Shown here piece after piece: positions 1 to 12,200 of a DNA stretch of 23,448 nt; position 1 is the first letter of the stretch, and the number at the start of each line of letters is the position of its first letter. Position numbers and translations under genes: made by a program. The notes beneath the pieces were generated by a model. It was not told where the DNA came from, did no database searches, and saw nothing but the letters and a program-made list of their open reading frames with translations. This DNA is from Ginkgo biloba (Eukaryota; Plantae; Ginkgophyta): contig JANKJI020000002.1 in assembly GCA_024626585.2 (NCBI GenBank), positions 135,227,119-135,250,566 on the forward strand, in the 5' to 3' direction.

Positions 1-1358
1 GGGGGGAGTGCAATCCCAAGAATGGAATTATAAATATTACAAGAATTACAAGCCATGATGGGTGAGTTGAAGGTATTGAAGGAAGATTAGGGGAAGCCAT
101 TCCAAGAAAAGGAGCAACAGTCATCCAAGAAGCCCTTTTTTAAGTCTGGCAAGAAGTTCTCTAGGCAAAAAGTGTTTTTCTCCAAGTCGTCTTCATAGGA
201 CAAGGGTNNNNNNNNNNNNNNNNNNNNNNNNNNNNNNNNNNNNNNNNNNNNNNNNNNNNNNNNNNTTATGAATGTGGAGGCAACCACAATTAGCAACAAT
301 GTCCTTGACTTAAGCATGGTAATAATAATCAAAAGGAAGTCATTGTGGTTCGCAAGGAGAAGTGGTCTCGAAAATCTTACTCCTAAGAGTGATTCTAAGG
401 CCTTTTGAGCAATTTCATGACATATAGTTCTTTGTCATTAAAGGTAAGATAAATGGAATTGATGCTGCTATTTTGGTTGATGACAGATGTACTCATAATT
501 TTTTTTTTGAGGAATTTGCAAAAAGGGCCAATTTGAAAACTCAAGAAACTCGGTATGTCTATGAGGTGGAGTTAGTTGATGGGAAAGAAGCCCAGGTTTA
601 GGAGGAGTTTGCTGCAAAGGTTCCCATCACTATTTAGGGGTGTAAGGTTCATGTTGATTTTGACATCATGAAGATTGGCTAGTATGATGCCATTTTAGGT
701 AAAAAACGGTTGCAGTAGTATGACAATCATAGTATATTCTACATTGCCACAAAGTTAGGAAGTTGAAGCTGTATGGTGATAACGTTGATTAGCAGATCTC
801 ATTAGTTTCTACTGTGCAATTAAAAAGGGTTGCTATGAAGGGAAGTGGTAAGATTTTTGGGCTTTTTGTGAAAGAGGTGCCACTTGAAGACGAGTGAGAG
901 AAGTAAATTCCTACAAAGATGGTACCCTTGTTGCCAGAGTTTGTTGATGTGTTTTCTTATGAGCTTCCCAAGTAGTTTCCCATAGAGCAAGAAGTGAACC
1001 ACTAGATTGAGCTTGAGGAGGGATCAATACCTACCTACCGATTGCCTTATACGTTGAGCCATGTGGAGAATGAAGAGGTAGAAACACTGATCCGAGAGTT
1101 GTTGGATCAAGGGTTCGTATGACCATCCAAGTGTCTTTATGGTGCATTGGTTTTATTAGTAGAGAAAAGGATGGTTCGATGCTGTTGTGTGTGGACTACC
1201 AAGTTGTGAACAATGCGACTATTAAGAAAAAATGTCCTCTTCGTAGTATTGATGGCACTTTGGACACCATGAAGGGAACTACAATTTTTTCCAAAATTGA
1301 TTTAAAGACTGGTTGTCATTAGATTTAGATTCATCCTAATTATGTGGACAAGAAAGCC
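1..1358 (+). mobile_element. Decayed Ty3/gypsy retrotransposon fragment: gag C-terminus, aspartic protease, N-terminal reverse transcriptase
   Basis: Manual translation gives a zinc knuckle remnant YECGGNHN*QQCP (~268-305) and protease IKGKINGIDAAILVDDRCTHNF...YDAILGKKRL (~430-715). The RT start reads IELEEGSIPTYRLPY...KDGSMLLCVDYQVVNNATIK..CPLRSID..LDTMKGTTIFSKIDLKTGCH. Many in-frame stops. Confidence 0.93.
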
Positions 1359-1359
1359 T

Positions 1360-1382
1360 TATATATATATATATATATATAT
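1360..1382. repeat. (TA)n microsatellite
   Basis: About 11 TA units, directly terminating the RT fragment. Confidence 0.95.
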
Positions 1383-3711
1383 CGGGGAGTAGAATGGCAA
1401 GATGAATGCCTCCTAGCTTATTATANNNNNNNNNNNNNNNNNNNNNNNNNNNNNNNNNNNNNNNNNNNNNNNNNNNNNNNNNNNNNNNNNNNNNNNNNNN
1501 NNNNNNNNNNNNNNNNNNNNNNNNNCTTCTCACTTCCCTCTCTTTATTTTTTGCATCTTGGCCAAATTTTGCTTAACCAAGAAGTTGCTAGTTTTTCTCT
1601 ATTGTGTGTTTGCTTGTTGGTGGAGTTGGGTACCTTTTGTACAAAATTGTTTTTAAGTTGTTTCTGCATATAAAATGTTCGGATCTTCTCTTTAGATCCA
1701 GGTGACGTTAGTAGCTTTAGTCCAGTAGAATGGTACACTTGAAAAGGTGATGCAAACATGTTGGTATAGTAGCTACTAGATTCTCGTTGTCTTTTTTGCA
1801 TTTTTAGATTCTTGGAAGCAAGTCGTCAGAATTCAACATGTAGAGGGAGGACATCGCCATCCTTAGACATAATTAGAAGCTTCAGTTGAATCTTTTCATC
1901 TGGGTAAGTGCTCATTGTTGTAAGTATTTTGTAACACCAACTCTATAGTTATTTACTGGCCACCATAAATTAATGTATTTTCTGCAATTTAACATAGAAT
2001 TGTATTTTCCGGTTCATGGATGCATAATAAATGATTTCTAACCCAAGCTTTGGGTAGTTATGTTCTTCAAAGTAGGACACCCCTGGTCAGAGGGCTCATT
2101 TATGGCATTTACGGCTATAAATGGTTCTATTAAGTGAATCTAACATTGTATTCATTTCTGTTTTGTAATTTGAAAGTAGCCCTACTTGTACTGCATAAAA
2201 CCCTTGTGATTAAGTTTAGGGCAGTAATAGCTTTAATTGGAGACTTTTTGGGGGTCTAATGCCTTGATCTAAGATGCCTCTGTATGAGGCTTTATTCTAG
2301 CCCTTGTATGCACATTTTAAATATTGCTAATAGTAGGGTTTTGTGTATATGCTAAGAGGGTTGGACACCTATCCATGCACTAGTCTACAATCTATTGTGG
2401 TAGGGTCTACAGGGTATTGTTATAGTTGTATATGGCATGGCTATTATTGTAGTCACGGTTTATGATATGTTGTTGTAACCAAAGGTGGGTCATTTGGTAC
2501 TAATAGGGTGTCTAGCCTAGGGTCTATTGTTGTAGCCCTAAGGGGGTTGTACCAAAAATTAATATATTTAAATATCTATATGGGATGGACACCCTAGCTT
2601 GCTAATGCTATCCTAATGTCAAAGAGGGGCTGAAATAGACCTACGCTTGGCATCCTTACTAGNNNNNNNNNNNNNNNNNNNNNNNNNNNNNNNNNNNNNN
2701 NNNNNNNNNNNNNNNNNNNNNNNNNNNNNNNNNNNNNNNNNNNNNNNNNNNNNNNNNNNNNNCTCTGCTCCTCGTTGCACAATACACCAATAGCAGGTCG
2801 GCTTTGTTTCGATGACTAAGTTTGCGTGTGCAAGTGCAATTACTTCGTGGGGGAGAGTACCCACTACAGATAGCCGAAACTAAGAATTTGTTATTGATTT
2901 TTGTTATTTTTGTTATTTTTGGGCTTTAGTCACCTCATAGGGCACCAGAATCAGTCAAGACATCGGTCTACACACAGGTAGCCAGAATTTAACTCAATAA
3001 AAGACGAAAAATCATCGGTCATCATGTAGGATGCCAGAATTCAGTCATATGACCACTTTAGAATGAGAGAATTAAATTTTATACCCCTACGTCTTTTTGA
3101 ATTAAAAAAGGACACTCAGAGACTTCAAAATAGCAATTAGCTCCTTTTGTCACATGACTGAGGGCTAAGGGTTTTAATCACTTTTAATTTTTAATTTTTT
3201 TATCCTAATTTTTTTACTTTGGAAAAAAAAAATTAAAGTAAATTTGAATTTTTCAAAACAACAAATGCACGCCTCATCTCTCGTTCAAAAATTTTCAAGT
3301 GAATTGTTTCAAGTTGAATCGATTAGGTCACNNNNNNNNNNAACAACCTCTCCCGGCTTTCAGTCTTCACCTTCCGAACTGAGATCTTCGATTTGGAGTC
3401 TAATGGTGGATCTATGTGGTGAACAGATTCAAATTGAACTTGCAACGTCTTCCCGTCACCGACCTATCATGGCATTATCCGTCTTTTTCCTGGCATCTAC
3501 AGACCTTGGCCCTGCTACCGGCTACATTCTCACACGGGTGTTGGCGTCTTCCTCACAATCAACTGAGCAGTCTCACTATTTGCTCGCATGCTCCACAGGC
3601 ATTCCTCGGTGTCAGCATTCGCATATCTCACGTCCTCCCTCAGCTACACTTTTCTAGCTCGGGTTGTTTCACCCACTTCAAGGTTTGATACGTCCTACAA
3701 CATGGTCTCTC

Positions 3712-5835
3712 GATATCTCCTCAAAACTATTAACCTCCTCCCCATACTCCCTATTGATCTTCCAAATAGTATTAATATTTTTCTGATGATTGCATAATGA
3801 TGAAAAAACTTAGTATTTTCATCTCCTTTGGAAAGCCATAAATATCTGCTCTTAATTCTCCAAGCTACCTCTTTCTCTTCTAACACCTTCCTTCTTTGTT
3901 GTTCCAAAGAAGTCAAATACGCCTTGGTAGCTTATGAAAGATAGCCAATCCCTTCTGACTCATACAAATCCTTCAAAAGCTATTCCACTTCTAGAAGATC
4001 CTTAGCATCCTTAATCTTTTTTGAATGATCCCAACCAATAGTTGCTTGTTTCACCTTTTTTAAATTAGTGGCAAACTGCAAAGAAGTAGACTTCTTGAGA
4101 CTCCCATTATAGGGAACCCAAAGATCCTTTACCATACAAAGAAATTCATCCTCCTCTAGCCATCTTAGGTTCAACTTAAAAGGACTAGGAGGCTTCTTTC
4201 TAATCTCTGCCAATTCTAGGACAATAGGGAAATGATTAGAGTCATCCCCTATACAAATCCATTCCCTTAACCTAATAATGTCCTCCAAAAAAGATTCAAA
4301 TACAAGGAATCTATCTATTCTTTTTTCTATTCCATCAGATCCCACCTTATTATTCCTCCAAGTTGGTTTTAACTTAACAAGTTCAATATCAAGGAGACCC
4401 ACCTCCTCCAACTTCTTTAGGAAAAAGTCTGATAATACATCCACCTATGCATTAGGTCCCCAAATATCCATACTACCCAAAGAGAAATTCAAGTCCCCTC
4501 CCAGAATAAGGTTTTCATTTCTAAATAAAGGCTTATTTAATAAAGTTGACCCTGTCCACATAAGGACCATAAATGTTCAAAAACATCATCTCTCATCCCA
4601 ATTCATGTGAGTAAAGATCGTTCCCAAACTAGAATCCACTAACCAACTATTAGAAAGTGAAAAAGATCCACATCTCCATATAGTAATCGACCCACCAGAC
4701 CTACCTCTAGCATCCACTAACAAAAATCCCCAACCCCCAAAAATGAGACCCAAATCTTCCACCACTTTATCACCTACACACAGAGATTCATGTAAGAACA
4801 TAATATATGGCTTTATAGAGTCCACTAGCCTCCTCAATACCTTATTTTTAAGGGAGTTGGTCAAACCCCTATAATTGTAGGAAAGACAAATCATGATATA
4901 TCACTTTTAGGGGTATTCAATGCTTTAAGAACCCTAAAAATAGATAATTGTCTTCCTACTACAACTTTAGTAGCAACACTTGTTTGTGTTATATGAAGAT
5001 AAGACTTCCTCCCACTCCCCAAAGATTTAAGACCTAACCCTTCATTCCATGACAAGCCTCTCAAAACCCCATGGTCCATACTAGGCAAAGATCCTTTACG
5101 GGGCCTAAGATTGCATTTGAAAATCTTCTCCTCCCCTTCAGAAGAGAATCCTAGGCCTAGAGAGCTACAATCATTCTTAGTCGACACCAAACCCACTCTC
5201 TCATGAGATAAATACTGGTTTGTTACTATATGTTGAGAAAAAGGGGGACCTAGACCATCACTAAAAATATTTTTCGGAACGCCCTCCCTCCCCCGACCCT
5301 CAGAAAAACCACTACCCAAACAAGACTGGGAATCAAATCCTAAAACCTTTCCTGTAGTAAATGGAACATTAGAAATAAATGGATCCATAATCTTGTTTGG
5401 CATACCTCTTAAGTGTGGTGAAGTTTGTATGGAGGTCACAACTCTACCTTCCACTCTAGGACTGGGTGAAACCTTCCCACCTTCTTTTGCTAGGTGCCTT
5501 TCAATGAATGTTCGAGAGACCTCTTGGGTAATGAAGCACTCTCCTTGATATAAATCTACAACAATGACTCCCTTTAAAGAAACTTCCACTGGAGATGCTT
5601 CTATAACTATTTAAGCCATCATATTAGTCGAAGGGTGTCCTCTACTCTAGTGTGAATAACCTCTGTCTCCACTTCTACCTCCATCCTAGCTGGGATCCAA
5701 TGTTTCTTTTTGACCCAATTACTTTTTTTAAAGAGTAGGGGGCAATCCACTACTATATGTCCTTGAAGGTGGTATATGTTACGCCAGAATGGAATACCAT
5801 AATAATCCAAAATTTGCACATAGGTGTGAATCCCC
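3712..5835 (-). mobile_element. L1-clade LINE fragment: ORF1 zinc-knuckle/C-terminus and ORF2 APE endonuclease, truncated before RT
   Basis: ORF1 QILDYYGIPFWRNIYHLQGHIVVDCP (decayed CCHC). ORF2 from 4894: MICLSYNYRGL..PYIMFLHES..DARGRSGG..GGDLNF..PTWRNNKVG..KRIDRFLV..SNHFPI..WRIKSRYLWLSKGDENTKFFH. Frameshifts and stops present. Confidence 0.93.
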
Positions 5836-5892
5836 TTCTGCAACACCATTTCTCTATCCCATGCCAGTTTGCGGGGAGGCCTCAAATCACAG
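5831..5892 (+). CDS. JMJ31: JmjC-domain protein (JMJ31-like) exon, 5' part missing
   Basis: Encodes (S)PSATPFLYPMPVCGEASNH-S, matching the recalled plant JMJ31 motif PSASP.LYPMPIYGEASNHS. Donor AG|GTATTA at 5893 is phase 2, compatible with the next exon. Confidence 0.85.
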
Positions 5893-6103
5893 GTATTATT
5901 GGTAATAATGTGCAGTTTTTATTTAGTTTCATGTTTTCTGACCTCATATTGTCAAAGTGATCATACTTTTTCATTTGGGATTTGATTATTTTATTGATAA
6001 CGTGATAATCACCGAATTTGTGAACAATGGTGCATCTGCAATATTCTTTTTGTTTCTATATTTTCAGAGGTCTAATTATTGTTTCTATATCTTCACTTTG
6101 CAG

Positions 6104-6220
6104 TGCTGTTGACCTTGTCAACCCTAATTTTAAGGTCCATTCGCGGGCTAAAAATGCATGGGATCACTGCCAAAATGTCACCTTGCATCCTGGTGATGCC
6201 CTCTTCATACCAGAAGGATG
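6104..6220 (+). CDS. JMJ31: JmjC-domain protein (JMJ31-like) exon
   Basis: Acceptor ttcactttgcag| at 6103. Encodes S-AVDLVNPNFKVHSRAKNAWDHCQNVTLHPGDALFIPEG-W, containing the JmjC/cupin motif L.PGD.LFIP.GW. Donor GTAATG at 6241 lies beyond a short gap. Confidence 0.92.
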
Positions 6221-6673
6221 NNNNNNNNNNNNNNAGGATGGTAATGTACCAATGTTTGAGTTTACATTCTTTGTTCAACTGCACCTCCTCATGCTGAAAT
6301 ATAGAAAACTCAGAAGCAAATAATTTTATTGCATGCTTAGTGTTAGTACTTTAATCAAAATCATACTAGAGTGAGATCATAGAACCACAATCAAAGAGGA
6401 GTTCAATGTTGATACTTATCAGTAATATGCAGTTAAGCTGCACATAAGAGCTATATGGCCTTATCTTTGTTATGAGAATGACAATGTTTACTGATGTAGT
6501 CATCTTGGATAACATTATTCTTATGTCCCATATGATATGAGATGGTCTTCTTGTAAAATAGAATTGGCACATNNNNNNNNNNNNNNNNNNNNNNNNNNNN
6601 NNNNNNNNNNNNNNNNNNNNNNNNNNNNNNNNNNNNNNNNNNNNNNNNNNNNNNNNNNNNNNNNNNNNNNNNA

Positions 6674-8327
6674 GGAGTCCCAATGGGATATAATAAGCTG
6701 AAAGTGGACAATTGGCAGCCTTTCCTTGATAAAATAAAAGCAAAGTTGGATGCCTCTCCTAATAGGTTGCTAAGCTTGCCAGGCAGAAGAATCATATTCT
6801 AGTCAACAATAGCTTAGATGCCCGACTACAGGGCCTCCCTCCTCATGGCTCCAAAAACAATACTGAAGAAACTAAGGAGAATGGCTATTAAATTTTTATG
6901 GTTCCCATCAAAAAAGACAATCAAACCTTAGTGATGTCAGTTGGGCAAAGGTAATAGCCCCAAAGTACGAAGAACAGATAGACATTAGAGATCCCTTTCT
7001 CCTAATTGATGTTAGTGGGGCGAAGATATGTTGAGATTTCATCCAACTATCACCCGCAAAGTGGAAGGAAGTCTTGCTTGGAAGTATTGCAAAAGGCTTC
7101 AAACCAAGGATATCCTTAGGGTATTCACACCAAGATCAAACGGCTTAAGGATCTGGAAAATGATCACAAAGCATTGGAATCATATACTTTAGGATTCCTT
7201 CTTATTTCCAAGTGGTGTTAGGATCAAAACAATTTTTTCGTTGGTTAAGTGGGAATCCAAATCATGAACCTTTTGATCAAAGAATCCAATACTGGGAAAC
7301 CATGAAGCTTAGCAAGGCCATGGGTCTAATTCTAATGGTAGATTTTTATGATTTTCAGAGCAAAGTTTGGAGGAACATTGTTGTGCTACTGGTGGATGAC
7401 AATGGATATCTCAACCATCATCTAGTCATCTTGGCAAATCAAATTAATGATGAGATAAATCATATCAACCTTCCGATAGCCACCACAATCACAACTCAAC
7501 AAGAGGGGCTTGGTTACATCTATCTCTCCACCCACTTTACAACTCGAGACTTATATGAGCATATTCACGATAAGGTCAATAACCCCAAGGCTCCTAATCA
7601 TCAAATTAAATGGGCTTAGATTTGGTGAAATAAAGCCCAAACTAAACAAAATATAATCCATTGGAGATTAGCTCACAAGGGGTTTCTGTTAGTCAAAGTC
7701 TATACTAATTGGGGTGTTCAAGGTCCTTTACAATGTGCGAGATGCTTAAATGCAATTGGGGACTTGGTGCATTCCTAGTGGGAATGCAAGGGTATTCAAA
7801 GAATATGGATTAAGATCTTTGACTTATTTGGTCTAACCATACCTTCTTATCCTTAGGACAATAAAGTTCAGCATTTCCTGGAATACATTTTAGCAGCTTC
7901 TTGGTCATAGGCCATCCTTAGCTTCGGCCAGGATAGAGCTTCTTGTACCCTCTAGTTCCTGGTTTTCAAAGCAACTATCCATGGTATTTGGAAGGCTCAA
8001 AACACCTTGTTTCACCAACATACACTTTGGCATTTGGATCACATGGTAGTAGCTATCTGTAAAGAGGTGACTTCTTGGATTAGAAATGCTGGTTTGTGTT
8101 AAGAAATCCTTACTTAGGTGAATTTCTCTACCACATCATCGGACGCATTTCTTCTTAGCTTTTTCAAAATTCTATAATTCTTATCCTCTCACTTTGTGGG
8201 ATCTTCTATTTTTAGTCCCCATTGTAATTTGCACATGTAAGGATTCTCGTATTTCATTCTCTGTTATTGTTTTGGCAACAAAATAATAGCCCTGTTGCTC
8301 TCAACAAAAGGCTTATATGTCAAAAAT
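6674..8327 (+). mobile_element. L1-clade LINE 3' portion (end of RT, zf-RVT cysteine region, 3' UTR)
   Basis: GVPMGYNKLKVDNWQPFLDKIKAKLD...LLSLPGR; VSWAKVIAPK; zf-RVT-like HWRLAHKG...CARCLNAIGDLVHS*WECKGIQRIW; IWKAQNTLF; A-rich end before the gap. Confidence 0.85.
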
Positions 8328-9297
8328 NNNNNNNNNNNNNNNNNNNNNNNNNNNNNNNNNNNNNNNNNNNNNNNNNNNNNNNNNNNNNNNNNNNNNNNNN
8401 NNNNNNNNNNNNNNNNNNNNNNNNNNNNNNNNNNNNNNNNNNNNNNNNNNNNNNNNNNNNNNNNNNNNNNNNNNNNNNNNNNNNNNNNNNNNNNNNNNNN
8501 NNNNNNNNNNNNNNNNNNNNNNNNNNNNNNNNNNNNNNNNNNNNNNNNNNNNNNNNNNNNNNNNNNNNNNNNNNNNNNNNNNNNNNNNNNNNNNNNNNNN
8601 NNNNNNNNNNNNNNNNNNNNNNNNNNNNNNNNNNNNNNNNNNNNNNNNNNNNNNNNNNNNNNNNNNNNNNNNNNNNNNNNNNNNNNNNNNNNNNNNNNNN
8701 NNNNNNNNNNNNNNNNNNNNNNNNNNNNNNNNNNNNNNNNNNNNNNNNNNNNNNNNNNNNNNNNNNNNNNNNNNNNNNNNNNNNNNNNNNNNNNNNNNNN
8801 NNNNNNNNNNNNNNNNNNNNNNNNNNNNNNNNNNNNNNNNNNNNNNNNNNNNNNNNNNNNNNNNNNNNNNNNNNNNNNNNNNNNNNNNNNNNNNNNNNNN
8901 NNNNNNNNNNNNNNNNNNNNNNNNNNNNNNNNNNNNNNNNNNNNNNNNNNNNNNNNNNNNNNNNNNNNNNNNNNNNNNNNNNNNNNNNNNNNNNNNNNNN
9001 NNNNNNNNNNNNNNNNNNNNNNNNNNNNNNNNNNNNNNNNNNNNNNNNNNNNNNNNNNNNNNNNNNNNNNNNNNNNNNNNNNNNNNNNNNNNNNNNNNNN
9101 NNNNNNNNNNNNNNNNNNNNNNNNNNNNNNNNNNNNNNNNNNNNNNNNNNNNNNNNNNNNNNNNNNNNNNNNNNNNNNNNNNNNNNNNNNNNNNNNNNNN
9201 NNNNNNNNNNNNNNNNNNNNNNNNNNNNNNNNNNNNNNNNNNNNNNNNNNNNNNNNNNNNNNNNNNNNNNNNNNNNNNNNNNNNNNNNNNNNNNNNN

Positions 9298-12200
9298 TTA
9301 AGATCAAGATTTATCTCTATTAGTTAATTCATATCCATAAGGTGGTTTACATAGTGGATATTCCCCTCTAAAAACACCATCATAGTTTATAAACAATAAG
9401 TATTGTAAACACATCAACATCATCTAGCACCTCCAACTCATCAATACCTCCAATATTAGTTTGACATTGATAAGAAATATAATTGTCTAGATCCTAGTCA
9501 ATAAGTATCAAGATTCAATCTCTTCAATCCTAATAGAATTTATAAAATGTAATGCAAATATCTTATGTAAGAAACCACGTTCATAATTCCCAAATAGGTT
9601 CACATCTCAATTTGTTTATGGCCTAAAGAGACTACCTCAACCTTCCAACTAGTAGGTTATGAATATCATCCTAAATTTATTTGGGTTGAGATGGACATAA
9701 TGTTGCAACAAACTTTGTGAGTCTAGAATGTCAATTAGTCTATAGTGTCTAAGGTCTATCATTTGAAACCTCCTCATTGCCATTAGTTTCTTCCTCTACC
9801 TCACCCTCTATGCCTTCCTCTTTTTGTGCTGACAGTAACCATTGTAAAATAACTTCAACTTCATTCCTTACTCTTCTAACATCCTTGCTTTCCACAGAGA
9901 TTTTGAAATAACAATCGGCCCACCGCATTGGGAGCTCCACCTTGGGACATTGGGCAAACAACATCCCAAGGATTGCGGGATAAAAGAAAGATGCTAAACG
10001 AGAAGCCTCTTTAATTTTCATAAGCAATGTTAACATTTGCAAATGATTATGTATACACTTGTTATAGTGCCATCCTTGTTTTATGTGGTAGATTGTTGTA
10101 CAGAGTTGGGTGGGAATATGAGTGTGCTTTTGATGGCTGAAAAGTTTTGCTGCAAAAAAATGTTTAATCCAGTGTAGATTTGGGTTGTGCAGGCTATCCA
10201 CTCGAATTCTAGAAGAGTAAGCATTTGACAAATTGACACAGTATTCTTNNNNNNNNNNNNNNNNNNNNNNNNNNNNNNNNNNNNNNNNNNNNNNNNNNNN
10301 NNNNNNNNNNNNNNNNNNNNNNNNNNNNNNNNNNNNNNNNNNNNNNNNNNNNNNNNNNNNNNNNNNNNNNNTAGTAATTTAAATTATGCTCGCTTGATCG
10401 TAAAATAGAGCTGGCATCATGAGAAATTGAGCCAACCTTACTTGCTCCAAGCTCTTACGTCGACTGTGCTCAGAGCTATACGTGACAAATTCAACTTGAT
10501 GTTTTGGAATATTATGCTCTTTGATGTCAATGCGGAAAGTTGGAACTTGCTATGCCATGAACACTGTAGAGATTGTTATTGTTTACTTGCTTGATGCACC
10601 TAAGGTCTGCTTGGCTAGTAATTGCAAGGGACTGAGATGAGCAAGGTAACGTAGTGGGATGGTAGTGCTTATAATGCGACGAGTTGGTGAAATCATGTGA
10701 AAGATGCCCCCATTTTCGATAATCATTTCAAATTTATGACCGTTTCTTTCTTTTAAGTTGTGGTTGATGCAATCGATCACTTTACACATGGTCACTTCAT
10801 TTGGGCCCTATCCTGGTCGTTATTGCATCCCTTTTATTGGTTGCTTGATTGGGATGACCGTAAAGTGTAGGTTTCAACTGTGAACTTCAGGNNNNNNNNN
10901 NNNNNNNNNNNNNNNNNNNNNNNNNNNNNNNNNNNNNNNNNNNNNNNNNNNNNNNNNNNNNNNNNNNNNNNNNNNNNNNNNNNNNNNNNNNTGTTTGAGT
11001 AATTTAGATAGGATGCGTTTGTCTTCATTTATACTATGGCGAAAGCTTGTTTGATGGCAACTCCTTTGATAGTGATTGGAATGCCCACGAGTGTGCCTAG
11101 GGGCCGAATCATGGATTGATCACCCAAATGAATAGAATAGTTTGGGGGGATGTATTCTGGTTCACCAAGTTGAATCCATATGGATTCTGGTAGTACATTG
11201 ACATTGGATCCTTCGTCAACAATTGTTTTCTTAAGTACATGATAAAAAAATTATATAGGAACTTTGGGGCTTCGTCGACATGATTTGCCAGTTTGGTGGT
11301 TTTGACGGTTCAGATGTGATTGTTTGGAAACGTTCCTTGTTTCCACCATTCAATGATGGATGCTAATGGAATATGGATGTTATGTTCAGTGCATAATTGT
11401 TGTAGGAGGGCGATCTTTTGATTGCGACTTGTGCTTTGTTGGATGGTATCCTATGGTACAATGATAGTCAAAATTGGTTGCTTCCGTTGATAAACTTGCA
11501 ATCTTGTCTTTGTTGGCAATGTTTTCTTTAGTTCTAGAAGTTTTCTTATGGTTGTTGTGGGTGGTGGGCCAAGTTCCTTAATTGTTTCTTGAATGGTTGT
11601 ATTGCTTCCTAAAGAAGAACTTTTTCTTTCATAGGGTTTGGGAAATTTGAATCATCCTTCGGTGTTTTGATTTTTCCACTTCAAGTTTGTAAACTAAGAG
11701 ATTCGACAAGGTACGGAACCATGCTAGCCAAATTCAATGTTTTCGTCTTATTCTTGGGGTTGTTATTACGGTTATTCCATTGATGGTCTCTTGGGCCACA
11801 TTCTTCGCACACATATCAACCACCAGTTTTGGAAATTGGACATTTTGCTTGTGTATGCCCCCAACCCAAACATAGGTGATAGCATATCGGTTTGTTGTTA
11901 CCTTTCTCAATTTTGATACTCTCTAGGTGAGCTACAAGCGCGTCGATAAAACATATTCTGTGTCCCTCGTCCTTTGTAGCCTTCGTGGCTTGCTTGTATG
12001 CCACCTTGGCTACGTTGATTATAATAGAAACTCTTGGTGCTATGTGAGTCTACCTTGCAAAAGTTACACCACTATTCTAATATAGGTATAGGTTGGTTGT
12101 CATTGTGTTCATTTCACAAATGTCCCCGTTAATTACATGGAGGTGGGCACAATTAGGGTGAGTCAAAGATAGTTCCTATTGTAATTTGGCTATTTTCGTG

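Noticed and set aside
2330-2550. Repeated TAGGGT motifs as telomeric repeats
   Set aside because: Dispersed and degenerate, not tandem TTTAGGG; likely LTR sub-repeats.
2862-2868. CACTACA as a CACTA transposon terminus
   Set aside because: No matching opposite TIR was found. It could equally be an LTR end (...CCCACTACA), and the flanking degenerate repeats (CCAGAAT, CATCGGTC) are too weak to classify.
3244-3688. Overlapping + strand ORFs of 137 and 90 aa in a CpG-richer segment
   Set aside because: No recognisable motifs, and the longer ORF spans a gap. Probably non-coding repeat sequence.
8264-9327. Long ORFs of 336-347 aa (also 21176-21915)
   Set aside because: Artefacts of translating N runs.
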